Part shown: positions 1-8,263 of the stretch, one piece after another
Layout: each line of letters opens with the position of its first letter
How positions within the stretch are numbered: the first letter of the stretch is position 1
Source of the DNA: an uncultured candidatus Brocadiaceae bacterium
GTDB lineage: Bacteria > Planctomycetota > UBA1135 > UBA2386
Direction of reading: 5' to 3'
NCBI GenBank assembly: GCA_964392555.1
Contig: CAYMRG010000002.1
Location: forward strand, 1-33,940
Length of the DNA: 33,940 bases
The notes under the pieces: generated by a model
Database searches by the model: none
Seen by the model: only the letters and a program-made list of their open reading frames with translations
What the model was told of the DNA's origin: nothing
Program-made: the position numbers and the translations under genes

Positions 1-255
1 GATGAAGAGCACGTTGAAGATGTTGCTGCCGACGACGTTGCCGATCGCCATGTCGGTCTGGCCCTGCCACGACGACTGCACGCTGACCGCCAGCTCGGGG
101 GCGCTGGTGCCGAACGCGACGACGGTCAGGCCGATCACCAGCGACGACACACCGGCTGCAGAGGCGACCCGCGACGCGCCGCGCACGAGCCAATCCGCGC
201 CGAGAACCAGCAGGCCGAGGCCCACCACGAACAGCACCACGACACTGATTTCCAT
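1..255 (-). CDS. Ca2+/cation antiporter (CaCA, YrbG-like), first 85 codons; gene runs off the left edge
   Basis: Absent from the supplied ORF track. The reverse complement of 255..1 reads MEISVVVLFVVGLGLLVLGADWLVRGASRVASAAGVSSLVIGLTVVAFGTSAPELAVSVQSSWQGQTDMAIGNVVGSNIFNVLFI with no stop. GTSxPE and GNVVGSNIFN match the alpha-1 repeat signature of Na+/Ca2+ exchanger-type proteins. Third codon positions are almost all G/C. Confidence 0.8.
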   Translation of the reverse strand, partial: MEISVVVLFVVGLGLLVLGADWLVRGASRVASAAGVSSLVIGLTVVAFGTSAPELAVSVQSSWQGQTDMAIGNVVGSNIFNVLFI

Positions 256-325
256 CGAAACCTCGGCGGTGCGCCGGGGAGAGGCCGGCTCGACCACGGC
301 GGGACGCTAGCGGTCGGCCTGGACG

Positions 326-361
326 CATTGCAAATCGTCGGCGAAGTTGCAAGTCATTGCA
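326..361. promoter_or_regulatory. TTGCA-core motif cluster in a divergent promoter region
   Basis: This is the only AT-richer patch between the divergent antiporter (start 255) and epimerase genes. CATTGCA occurs at 326-332 and 355-361. TTGCAA occurs at 328-333 and 347-352. Function is not demonstrable from sequence. Confidence 0.2.
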
Positions 362-428
362 TCTGCATAGCTTGCGGAACACGTTTCACCGGCAGAAAAG
401 CTGCCGCCCGCCGGCATACCCTGACGCC

Positions 429-1415
429 GTGCGCCCGATCTGTTTCCTGACCGGCGGCAGCGGCTTCGTCGGCCGCCACCTCGCGCCGAAGCTCGCCGAG
501 CGCTTCGCCCTGCGCGCTTTGCTGCGCCGCGGTCGCACGCTACACGGGCTCGAGGTCGGCAGCTACGAAGTGGTCGAAGGCCGACTCGGCGACGTCGACT
601 CGCTCGAGCGCGGCGTTCGCGGCGCCGACGTCGTCGTGCACCTCGCGGCACTCGTCTCGTTCCGCCCCGAGGACCGTGAGGCGATGTTCGCGACCAACGC
701 CAAGGCGACCGCGCACCTGGCCGCGGCCGCGCGCATGGCCGGCGTGCGGCGCATGCTGCACTGTTCGACGATCTCGGCGATCGCCTACCGCGATCGACCG
801 GAGGTCGTCGACGAGGACGCCGCGTTCAACTTCGCCAGGCTGCGCATCGGCTACTGCGACAGCAAACACGCTGCCGAACAACGCGTGCTCGCCGAGGTCG
901 CGCGCGGCCTCGACGCGGTGATCGTCAACCCGCCGTCGATGTACGGCGCCGGTGATCGACGCAAGGGCGACGATTCGCTGCTGACCGCCGTGCTGCAAGG
1001 TCGCGTCGGCTGGGCGCCGCCCGGCGGCCTCAACGTCGCGAACGTGCTCGACGTCTGCGACGGGATCCTGCTGGCGCTCGACCGCGGCCGGACCGGCCAA
1101 CGCTACATCCTCGGCGGCGAGAACCTGACCGGCCGCGCGTTGCTCGAACGCATCGCCGACATCGTGCAGGGCCTGCCGCCGCGCCACACCGCGCCGGCGC
1201 ACGCGGTCCGCCTCGCGGCCGGGGCCTTGCGCCTCAAGGAGCGATTGCTCGGCAGCAAACCACCGGTGACCAGCGAGATCCTGCAGCTCGCCGCGCGCTA
1301 CCTGTGGTTCTCGAGCGCCAGGGCCGAGGCCGAACTCGGCTACGTCGCGAAACCGTTCGACGACGGGGTGCGCGCGGCGTGGCGCGAGCTGGCAAGCACG
1401 GGCGCGGCGCGCTGA
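429..1415 (+). CDS. NAD-dependent epimerase/dehydratase (extended SDR)
   Basis: ORF 357..1415; the track start at 357 is a TTG. The Rossmann motif CFLTGGSGFVGRHL follows directly after an in-frame GTG at 429. The YxxxK motif is present as YCDSKHAAE. Neither 357 nor 429 has a clear SD, so the start is unresolved. Confidence 0.85.
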   Translation: MRPICFLTGGSGFVGRHLAPKLAERFALRALLRRGRTLHGLEVGSYEVVEGRLGDVDSLERGVRGADVVVHLAALVSFRPEDREAMFATNAKATAHLAAAARMAGVRRMLHCSTISAIAYRDRPEVVDEDAAFNFARLRIGYCDSKHAAEQRVLAEVARGLDAVIVNPPSMYGAGDRRKGDDSLLTAVLQGRVGWAPPGGLNVANVLDVCDGILLALDRGRTGQRYILGGENLTGRALLERIADIVQGLPPRHTAPAHAVRLAAGALRLKERLLGSKPPVTSEILQLAARYLWFSSARAEAELGYVAKPFDDGVRAAWRELASTGAAR

Positions 1416-1548
1416 TCGACCGGATCGCGGCAGAAATCGCTCGCGCACGCGGTGACATCTGCGCCGCCCGGGGCACTGAGCGCTCGGCGACGCGCGGCGG
1501 GGCACGCATCGCCGCCAGACCTTCGCCCCGCACGAAAGGAGAAGTCCG

Positions 1549-1998
1549 ATGAACAAGCGATTCACCAGCGTGGCCACCGCCGCGCTGCTGTGCACGTCCG
1601 CCGCATTCGCCCAGAACTGCCCGCGCACCAAGGCGGCGCACATCAACGAGAGCATCACCTATGGCCCGAGCGTCCGATGCTCGGGCCTGGAGATCCGCTG
1701 GGGCGGCTTCGTGCTGAATCCGGGTGACGACGGTTGCCCGGTGTTCGCGCGCATCGTCCCCGAGCACGACATCGAGGCGCCCAGCGAACTCGACACGCAG
1801 TGTGTGGTCACGCAGACCAATCCGACCGTGCACATCACGATCGACTGCGTCCGCAAGTACCTGATCATCATCCCCATCAGCAGTTCGTGCCTGGTTCGCA
1901 GCACCCAGAACACCGGCACCGTGCAGTCGTTGCTGACCGTCGGCTGTCCGGCCAAACCGGTGCCCGCAGAACCCTCCCAGCCCCCGCAAGGCAACTGA
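1549..1998 (+). CDS. small secreted Cys-rich hypothetical protein
   Basis: An AGGAG SD lies 7 nt upstream of the ATG. The N-terminus MNKRFTSVATAALLCTSAAFAQN looks like a signal peptide. The mature part has 8 Cys. No family recognised. Confidence 0.7.
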   Translation: MNKRFTSVATAALLCTSAAFAQNCPRTKAAHINESITYGPSVRCSGLEIRWGGFVLNPGDDGCPVFARIVPEHDIEAPSELDTQCVVTQTNPTVHITIDCVRKYLIIIPISSSCLVRSTQNTGTVQSLLTVGCPAKPVPAEPSQPPQGN

Positions 1999-2047
1999 GA
2001 GGAGGACCGCGGCGCATGGTGCGTCGCGCGCTCCGGAAGAAGCCACG

Positions 2048-3616
2048 ATGCAACCATCCACCCACTCCGGCCGGCGCCCCGCGCGCCGGCACCCTCGCCG
2101 CACGGCCCTGCTCCTCGCGACCGGTGCGTTCGCCGCACTGGTCGCGGCCGCTCTCATGTGGCCCACGGCAACCCGACCGGACCGCGCCGGCGAACCCGAC
2201 GCGCCGGCGGCTGCGGCCGTCGCCGCGGCGGCTGCCGCAGCACCCGCGCCGACCGCCGACCCGATCGAGCGCCGGCCCGCGGACGTGCCGTCGACGGCGC
2301 CCAGACGCGCCGACCGCGACGTCCCCGCGTTCGTCGTCCTGGTCGAGGAGCTGACCGCGCTCGGCATCGCCACGGCGCGCCACGTCCAGGACGACGACAC
2401 GGCGGCTGCCGCCGCTTCGGACCAGCAGGCGCGGGAAACCGTCGAACTGCTGCTGGCGCACTACCTCGATGCCGGCGAACGGACGCTCGCGATGATGGCC
2501 GAACAGGCCGGCGAGCCGGGCGCGGACGAACACCGACAGGCACGCCGCCACGTGCTCCGCCTGCTGCTCGGGATCGATCTGGAGCGGCGGCGCGCCTACC
2601 AGGCGGCTGCGGCGACCGCAGCGGCTGGCGCGACCGCGACGCCTGGGGCGACCGCAGCCTCGCCGCTCGGTGATCTCGGCGACCTCGTGCAGATGACCCT
2701 CGACACCCTGCCGCTGGCGGAGGAGTGCGCGCGCGACGGCGCCGGGGCCCTGATCGACCGCCCCTACCTCGCCGCCCGGCACGAACCGACGATCCTGGAT
2801 CTGGTACGGCTCGCCGGCGAAGGGCACTTCCCGCGCGATCTCGCCACCGGACTCCTGGGCACGCTTTGGACCAACCTGAAGGCGTCCGGGGAGCGCACCT
2901 CCGAGGAGCTGACCCAACTCGCGTTGTTGCTGCTCGGCGATACCGACGCCAGCAAGCGCGCCGTGGCGTGTCGACAGCTGCTGACCAACGCGCGCTACCG
3001 GCCGATGCTGCTCGCGTGGTTGCGCGACCACGACGACCATGCGGCGGCCACCGAGGTCGCGAACCTCGCCGCGAAGGACCTGCCGGCCACCGAGGCACTC
3101 GCCGTGCTGCGCGAACTCGGCGCCGTGCTGCCGCGACCCTGCAGCGCCTACCTGCTGCTGGCCCACCGCGATCCCGACGCCGTCGCCGACGCCTACCGCG
3201 AGTTGCTCGCCGCCGACACGCAGCCCGACCAGCGCCAGGATCTGGTGACCAGCTTCGCCGTCACCGCGGGCGAACACGGCACGGCGATCCCATTGCTCGC
3301 TCTGCAGAGCGATCCCTCCCCCGAGGTCCGCCTGCAAGCGGTGTTCGCCATCAGCACCGGCCAGGACCACGACCTGACCGAGCGGGCGTTCGGCATGGCG
3401 CTCGACGATCCGCAGATCGCCGGCAATGTGCGACGGCTCGGCTCGCTGGTGTTCGCGCTGCAGAACCTCGAGGCCGCGGGTCAGACCAACGCCGTCGATC
3501 GCATCGGCAACCGGATGCGCACCATGGCACTCGACGAGGCCAGCCGGCAGCGCCTGGAGACCCTGCTCGCCCGGAGCCTGCCGGGCGGCTCCACCGGCGG
3601 CATCGGTGCGCGCTGA
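2048..3616 (+). CDS. membrane-anchored alpha-helical (HEAT-like) repeat protein, hypothetical
   Basis: ATG start. An Arg-rich N-terminus precedes a TM segment (ALLLATGAFAALVAAALMW) and a poly-Ala/Pro linker. The remainder is Leu/Ala-rich helical sequence with HEAT-like strings (PEVRLQAVFAIS). GC3 is high throughout. Confidence 0.65.
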   Translation: MQPSTHSGRRPARRHPRRTALLLATGAFAALVAAALMWPTATRPDRAGEPDAPAAAAVAAAAAAAPAPTADPIERRPADVPSTAPRRADRDVPAFVVLVEELTALGIATARHVQDDDTAAAAASDQQARETVELLLAHYLDAGERTLAMMAEQAGEPGADEHRQARRHVLRLLLGIDLERRRAYQAAAATAAAGATATPGATAASPLGDLGDLVQMTLDTLPLAEECARDGAGALIDRPYLAARHEPTILDLVRLAGEGHFPRDLATGLLGTLWTNLKASGERTSEELTQLALLLLGDTDASKRAVACRQLLTNARYRPMLLAWLRDHDDHAAATEVANLAAKDLPATEALAVLRELGAVLPRPCSAYLLLAHRDPDAVADAYRELLAADTQPDQRQDLVTSFAVTAGEHGTAIPLLALQSDPSPEVRLQAVFAISTGQDHDLTERAFGMALDDPQIAGNVRRLGSLVFALQNLEAAGQTNAVDRIGNRMRTMALDEASRQRLETLLARSLPGGSTGGIGAR

Positions 3617-3664
3617 TTGGTGCGCACCGGTTTGGCACGCGCTGGTTTGGCGCGCGCTGGCCGG

Positions 3665-3685
3665 CGCCCGCCCTCACCGCGGGCG
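3665..3685. terminator. GC hairpin between convergent genes (possible bidirectional terminator)
   Basis: cgcccgc (3665-3671) pairs with gcgggcg (3679-3685) around a 7-nt loop. It lies between the stop at 3616 and the rpmG stop at 3693. There is no U-tract. Confidence 0.3.
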
Positions 3686-3692
3686 GTCCGCG

Positions 3693-3857
3693 CTACTTCT
3701 TCTTCTCGACGTGCTTCGTGTGGCGACGAAGGCGCGGGGAGTACTTGGACAGCTCCAGCTTCGGCGTGCCGGGCTTCTTCATGATCGTGTAGTTGCGGTC
3801 GCCGGACTCCTCGCAGACGAGGAACACGATCTCTTTCTTCTTCTTGGGCTTTGCCAT
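3693..3857 (-). CDS. rpmG: 50S ribosomal protein L33
   Basis: An internal ATG (3857) of ORF 3693..3938 gives the 54-aa [54 protein letters not shown]. Length and the KLEL.K..P..R.H motif match L33. Only one Cys is present, so it is the zinc-independent type. Confidence 0.9.
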   Translation of the reverse strand: MAKPKKKKEIVFLVCEESGDRNYTIMKKPGTPKLELSKYSPRLRRHTKHVEKKK

Positions 3858-3992
3858 GGCGCTACTGGGAGGGCCGAACAGAGTAGCGCCACCCCCCGCG
3901 GTTGCAAGCCTGCGCAGGAAGCGAACCGAACCTGCCACAAACCCTCGCCAGGCACACGCTTCGACCGCCCGGAGCGGTCGGGCCGGCGGCGG

Positions 3993-5102
3993 TCAGTGGT
4001 CGAGGGTCAGGACCGGCATCTGGCCGATGTCCGGATACCAGGGGGACTGCGTCGCCCCGGGCGGGAAGAACGCGGTCGCGCACGCGGTGCCGACGCCGAT
4101 CGTGTTGAGCACCATCAGCAGGCCATTGCTGGTCGTGAAGGGCAGGGTCGGACGCGTCAGGTCAAGCCACCCCATCTGCACGCCGAGCCGCATGCCGATG
4201 ACCGCGCCACCGGTCAGGGGGAAGGTGGCCGTGTAGTTGCCGTTCGAGTCGGCGCTTCCGGTCCAGGTCGCGTCGAGCGGCGCCCAGAGATGGCAGGCAG
4301 CCATCGTGGGATCGACCACTCCCAGGCCGAACCCGAACCCGGGGAAGCCCCCACCCGCGGTCTGCGGGTCGAGCCCGATCCAGGCGAACACGAGGTCCCC
4401 GGCAGGCGCACCGCTCAGGCGCATCTTGGCCGTGCCGGAGACGATCGGTCCGGTGGTCGGATCGTTCCAGACCAGCTGCGTCGGCGCCGCCAGCGTCGAA
4501 CAGCTGCCGTTGCCGACGGTCGCCTGGTAGCCGACCGGTTGGCCGTCGTCGAACCAGACGGCGTCGACCCAGTGCGTCGCCAGCACCTGGAACGGCGGGT
4601 CCGAGGTCTCGAACTCGAGGAACAGGCTGCCGGCGGTCACCGGGAGCGGCGTGGTGAACTGGATGTGGAATAACTCGTCGCCGATGACCGACGTCGGCCC
4701 GGTCGCAGGCGTCGCCGGGATCACGACCGGAGCGGGGCCGAACAGCGTCAGCATGTTGGCGGGCCGGTTCGTGGCCAGGATGCCGGTGAGGCTGGCCGCG
4801 GTCAGCGGCTGGAACCCACCGCTGACCGTGATCGTCCGGGTCACCGTCGGGTAGGCCGGTTCGCCGAGGAAAGTCGGGCGCCGCATGTGCAGACCGGTGA
4901 TGGTCTGGCCGACGAAGTTGGGCGGCAGCAACGACGCTTCGATGCGCACCTGCATGATCCCCTGCGACCAGCGCAGCGGCAGGGAAAGGCCGGCATTGCC
5001 AGGCAGGGTCGCGCAGGCGGCCGGCACGACCGACGACTGGCAGGGGGCGGCCGATACGGCCAGGAAGGTGACGATCGCCGCGGGAAGGACTGGGATCCGC
5101 AT
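3993..5102 (-). CDS. secreted beta-rich hypothetical protein; C-terminal module paralogous to 12065..12718 and 24190..24930
   Basis: ATG start with signal peptide MRIPVLPAAIVTFLAVSAAP. The C-terminal half (GTAKMRLSGAPAGDLVFAWIGL ... MAACHLWAPLD ... TTSNGLLMVL) aligns by eye with the two other copies in the window. Confidence 0.8.
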   Translation of the reverse strand: MRIPVLPAAIVTFLAVSAAPCQSSVVPAACATLPGNAGLSLPLRWSQGIMQVRIEASLLPPNFVGQTITGLHMRRPTFLGEPAYPTVTRTITVSGGFQPLTAASLTGILATNRPANMLTLFGPAPVVIPATPATGPTSVIGDELFHIQFTTPLPVTAGSLFLEFETSDPPFQVLATHWVDAVWFDDGQPVGYQATVGNGSCSTLAAPTQLVWNDPTTGPIVSGTAKMRLSGAPAGDLVFAWIGLDPQTAGGGFPGFGFGLGVVDPTMAACHLWAPLDATWTGSADSNGNYTATFPLTGGAVIGMRLGVQMGWLDLTRPTLPFTTSNGLLMVLNTIGVGTACATAFFPPGATQSPWYPDIGQMPVLTLDH

Positions 5103-5175
5103 GGGGCACCTGGGGTCAGAACCGCCGGTGTCATCGGCAGATCACGGCTGCGACCCGCAGCCGAGCGTCGCGAAA

Positions 5176-5218
5176 TCGAGCAGAAAAGAAGAAGGGCCCG
5201 GTTCCCGCCGGGCCCTTC
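5176..5218 (-). terminator. intrinsic-terminator-like hairpin plus U-tract, oriented on the minus strand
   Basis: Perfect 11-bp stem: gaagggcccgg (5191-5201) with ccgggcccttc (5208-5218) and a 6-nt loop. Read on the minus strand it is followed by TTCTTTTCT. It lies 74-116 nt upstream of the start codon at 5102. Confidence 0.5.
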
Positions 5219-5354
5219 CTGGGGTTCGTCCGCTAACTCGACTCACCCTGCTTCCCTTCCCTCACCCCAGCTATCGGCGCGCACGCGGCGCGAACCTGAG
5301 CCCGCCTGCGCGTCGAGGTTGCGCTGGCATGGGGCCGTGCGCGAGCATGCCGCG

Positions 5355-6131
5355 ATGCCCGGCTCCGTCCCACCCGTCACGATCGTCACCGGGAGCAGCC
5401 GCGGCATCGGCCGCGCCATCGCCGAACGCCTGGCCGCCGACGGCCACCGGCTGCTGCTGGTCGCGCGCGACGCCGAGCGGCTCGATCGGCTCGCGGCCGA
5501 GCAGCGCGGCGGCGGCGCCGCGGTGGCGACGTTCGCCGCCGACCTGCGCGACGAGGCCGCGCCAGCAGCGGCGGTGGCGGCCGCCGAACGGGCGTTCGGC
5601 GCGCCGACGGTGGTCGTCAACAACGCCGGCACCGCGCCGGCCGACAAGATCGAGAACACGACCGCCGAGGCCGCGCGCGAGACCTTCGCGCTGCACGTCG
5701 GTGCGCCGCTGGCGTTCGCGCGGGCCTGCGTGCCGGCGATGAAGCGCGCCGGCGGCGGCTGCCTGCTGCAGCTGGCCTCCACGGCCGGGCTGCGCGGCTT
5801 CCCGTTCACCGCTGCCTACACGGCTGCCAAGCACGGCATGGTCGGGCTGTCGCGCGCGCTGCACGCCGAACTGCGCCCGGCCGGCATCGCGGTCTACGCG
5901 ATCTGCCCCGGCTTCGTCGACTCCGACATCACGCGCGGCGCGGCCGCGGCGGTGGCCGCGCGCGGCCGGACCACGGCCGCGGAGGCGTTCGCCCGCATGG
6001 CGGCGCAGAACCGGATCGGGCGCATGCACACCCCGGACGAAGTCGCCGCCGCAGTGGCCGAAGTGATCCGCGACCATCCCGCGGGTTGCGTCTACGATCT
6101 CGATCGCGACCCTCCCGCGTTCGTCGACTGA
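5355..6131 (+). CDS. short-chain dehydrogenase/reductase (classical SDR)
   Basis: An internal ATG of ORF 4887..6131 gives the N-terminus MPGSVPPVTIVTGSSRGIGRAIA (TGxxxGIG). NNAG and YTAAKHG (YxxxK) motifs are present. The upstream part of the ORF is Arg/Pro-rich non-coding translation. Confidence 0.85.
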   Translation: MPGSVPPVTIVTGSSRGIGRAIAERLAADGHRLLLVARDAERLDRLAAEQRGGGAAVATFAADLRDEAAPAAAVAAAERAFGAPTVVVNNAGTAPADKIENTTAEAARETFALHVGAPLAFARACVPAMKRAGGGCLLQLASTAGLRGFPFTAAYTAAKHGMVGLSRALHAELRPAGIAVYAICPGFVDSDITRGAAAAVAARGRTTAAEAFARMAAQNRIGRMHTPDEVAAAVAEVIRDHPAGCVYDLDRDPPAFVD

Positions 6132-6147
6132 CCCCCGCGGACTCCCC

Positions 6148-6945
6148 ATGAGCCAATACGATTTCCGGTTCGAACGCGGCAGCGACGGTGTCGCCGTGCT
6201 GACGCTCGATCGCCCCGAGACGCTGAACTCGCTGACGTTCGACATCTACGGCCAGCTCGAGCGGCTGTTCGTCGACCTCGAAGACGACGAATCGGTCAAG
6301 GCCATCGTGCTGACCGGGCACGGCCGCGGCTTCTGCAGCGGCGGCAGCGTCGAGGACATCATCGGTCCGCTGCTCGAGAGCGAACTGGACGGCACGCTCG
6401 CCTTCACGCGGATGACCGGCGCGGTGGTGCGCAACATGCTGCGGCTGTCGAAGCCGATCGTCGCCGCGATCAACGGCGTCGCGGCCGGGGCCGGCGCCGT
6501 GCTGGCGCTCGCCAGCGACCTGCGCGTGATGGCGGAGACCGCGAAGTTCGCGTTCCTGTTCACCAAGGTCGGCCTGACCGGCGCGGACATGGGCGCGGCG
6601 TGGCTGCTGCCGAAGGTGGTCGGCACCGGACGCGCGATGGAGATGCTGATGCTCGGCGACAAGGTCACGGCCGAGGAGGCGCTGCGCGCGGGACTCGCCA
6701 ACCGCGTGGTGCCGGTCGACGAAGTGCTCGGCGAGGCCCTCGCGCTCGCCCGCCGGCTGGCCGCCGGGCCCGGTCTCGCGCTCGCGATGACCAAGAAGAT
6801 GGTCTGGAACGAGTGGCCGATGGACCTCGACGCGGCGATCGAGCAGGAGGCGCAGGCGCAGGCGCTGCTGCTGCGCGCCCACGACCACCGCGAGTTCTAC
6901 AACGCCTGGATGGAGAAGCGCGAGCCGCGCTTCCTGGGGCGTTGA
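6148..6945 (+). CDS. enoyl-CoA hydratase/isomerase (crotonase family)
   Basis: VLTLDRPETLNSL and LTGHGRGFCSGGSV crotonase motifs, about 265 aa, 16 nt after the SDR gene. Confidence 0.9.
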   Translation: MSQYDFRFERGSDGVAVLTLDRPETLNSLTFDIYGQLERLFVDLEDDESVKAIVLTGHGRGFCSGGSVEDIIGPLLESELDGTLAFTRMTGAVVRNMLRLSKPIVAAINGVAAGAGAVLALASDLRVMAETAKFAFLFTKVGLTGADMGAAWLLPKVVGTGRAMEMLMLGDKVTAEEALRAGLANRVVPVDEVLGEALALARRLAAGPGLALAMTKKMVWNEWPMDLDAAIEQEAQAQALLLRAHDHREFYNAWMEKREPRFLGR

Positions 6946-7009
6946 CCACGCCGCGCCGAACCGACTCGCCTTGGGCCCGGCCGAGGGCGAACCGCCGAGG
7001 AGCCTGCCG

Positions 7010-8179
7010 ATGAATCCCGATCTGTGGCTGCCGGACAGCGATCTCGACCCCGCTCACCGCGAATTCGCGCGCTCGATCCGCGCCTTCGCGATCGACAAGC
7101 TCGCGCCGCACGCGCGCGCGATCGACGAGGAACGCCGGTTCCGGCCGGCGATGGTCCGGGAGCTGGCCGCCGCCGGCGTGCTCGGCGGCCCGCTGCCGGT
7201 CGAACACGGCGGCCAGGGCTGGACGCCGTTGCAGCTGGCGATCGCGCACGAGGAACTCGGGGCGGTCTGCGGCAATGCGCGCGGCTTCTGCGCCGTGCAG
7301 ACCGGGCTGGTCGCGCAGTGCCTGGCGCGCTTCGGCACCGAGGCGCAGCGGCGCAACTGGCTGCCGGCGCTGGTCGACGGCTCCGACGTCGGCTGCTTCG
7401 CGCTGACCGAACCGGAAGCCGGCAGCGACGTCGCCGCGCTGCGCACCGAGGCGAAGCCGCAGGCCGACGGCAGCTGGCTCGTCAGCGGACAGAAGCACTG
7501 GATCACCAACGGCGGCATCGCCGACGTGATGATCCTGTTCGCGACGGTCGACCCGAAACTGGGTCGCCAGGGCATCACGGCGTTCCTGGTCGACACGCAG
7601 CGCCCGGGCCTCACGCGCACGCCGATGGCCGGCGTCGAGCTCGGTCACCGGGGCAGCGACCACGCGGTGCTGACGTTCGACGGCTTCCGCGTCGGCGCCG
7701 ACGAACTGCTCGGCCAGATCGGCAAGGGCTTCGGCGTGGCGATGGGCGGTCTCGCCGCGGGCCGGCTGTCGGTCGCGGCCGGCGCGGTCGGCATCCACCG
7801 CGCCGCGCTCGCAGCGGCGACGGAGTTCACGACCGGCCGACGCCAGTTCGGCCAACCGCTGGCGCAGTTCCAGATGGTGCAGGAACGACTCGCCGACCTG
7901 CTGACGTCGCTGCACGCGAGCCGCGCCCTGGTGCACCGCTGCGCGCTGCGGCGGCAGGCCGGCAGCGAGACGCACGCCGACGTCGCGATGGCCAAGCTGC
8001 AGGCGACCGAGGCGGCGGCGAAGGCGGCCGAAGAAGCCGTGATGCTGCACGGCGCGCGCGGCTACAGCTCGGCGTTCCCCGCCGAACGGCTATGGCGCGA
8101 CATCCAGGCGCTGCGCATCTACGAGGGCACGTCGATGATCCAGAAGACGATCCTCGCGCGCCTGCTGACGGACGGCTGA
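7010..8179 (+). CDS. acyl-CoA dehydrogenase
   Basis: ATG at 7010 with a GAGGAG SD 8 nt upstream. Motifs FALTEPEAGSD, QKHWITNGG and the C-terminal RIYEGTSMIQ are present. Confidence 0.9.
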   Translation: MNPDLWLPDSDLDPAHREFARSIRAFAIDKLAPHARAIDEERRFRPAMVRELAAAGVLGGPLPVEHGGQGWTPLQLAIAHEELGAVCGNARGFCAVQTGLVAQCLARFGTEAQRRNWLPALVDGSDVGCFALTEPEAGSDVAALRTEAKPQADGSWLVSGQKHWITNGGIADVMILFATVDPKLGRQGITAFLVDTQRPGLTRTPMAGVELGHRGSDHAVLTFDGFRVGADELLGQIGKGFGVAMGGLAAGRLSVAAGAVGIHRAALAAATEFTTGRRQFGQPLAQFQMVQERLADLLTSLHASRALVHRCALRRQAGSETHADVAMAKLQATEAAAKAAEEAVMLHGARGYSSAFPAERLWRDIQALRIYEGTSMIQKTILARLLTDG

Positions 8180-8263
8180 CGGGTCGCCGGCAAATGGGCC
8201 GCCGACCGACGGGCCGCCCACCGCCAGCCGGCCGCCGACCGACAGCCGACCGGCCGCCGCGCG

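Noticed and set aside
2-310. 102-aa plus-strand ORF at the left edge
   Set aside because: It is the antisense shadow of the CaCA antiporter 5' end, which has a clear family signature on the minus strand.
5219-5240. tRNA-like T-arm string (ggggttcgtccgc)
   Set aside because: There are no complementary T-stem halves, no acceptor or anticodon arms can be drawn around it, and there is no GGTTCGAATCC-type loop.
5246-5268. G-quadruplex-type motif (four G-runs on the minus strand) as an independent feature
   Set aside because: Such motifs arise frequently by chance in DNA this GC-rich. I note it only as part of the leader finding.
4887-5354. N-terminal 156-codon extension of the SDR ORF. The same applies to the extensions of ORFs 6971, 9955, 11108, 15754, 22283, 26625, 28230 and 33599.
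   Set aside because: The extensions are Arg/Pro-rich with poorer GC3. Internal starts give canonical N-termini (Rossmann motif, MotA MDIF..., GT2 MARIAVVV..., signal peptides), often with SD sequences or ATGA coupling.
8197-8243. 14-bp direct repeat GGCCGCCGACCGAC (8197-8210 and 8230-8243) between convergent genes
   Set aside because: It is a low-complexity GC-rich repeat in a short spacer with only two copies and no dyad symmetry, so it is most simply slippage or chance. The same judgement applies to GGTTTGGCRCGCGCT x2 at 3629-3660.
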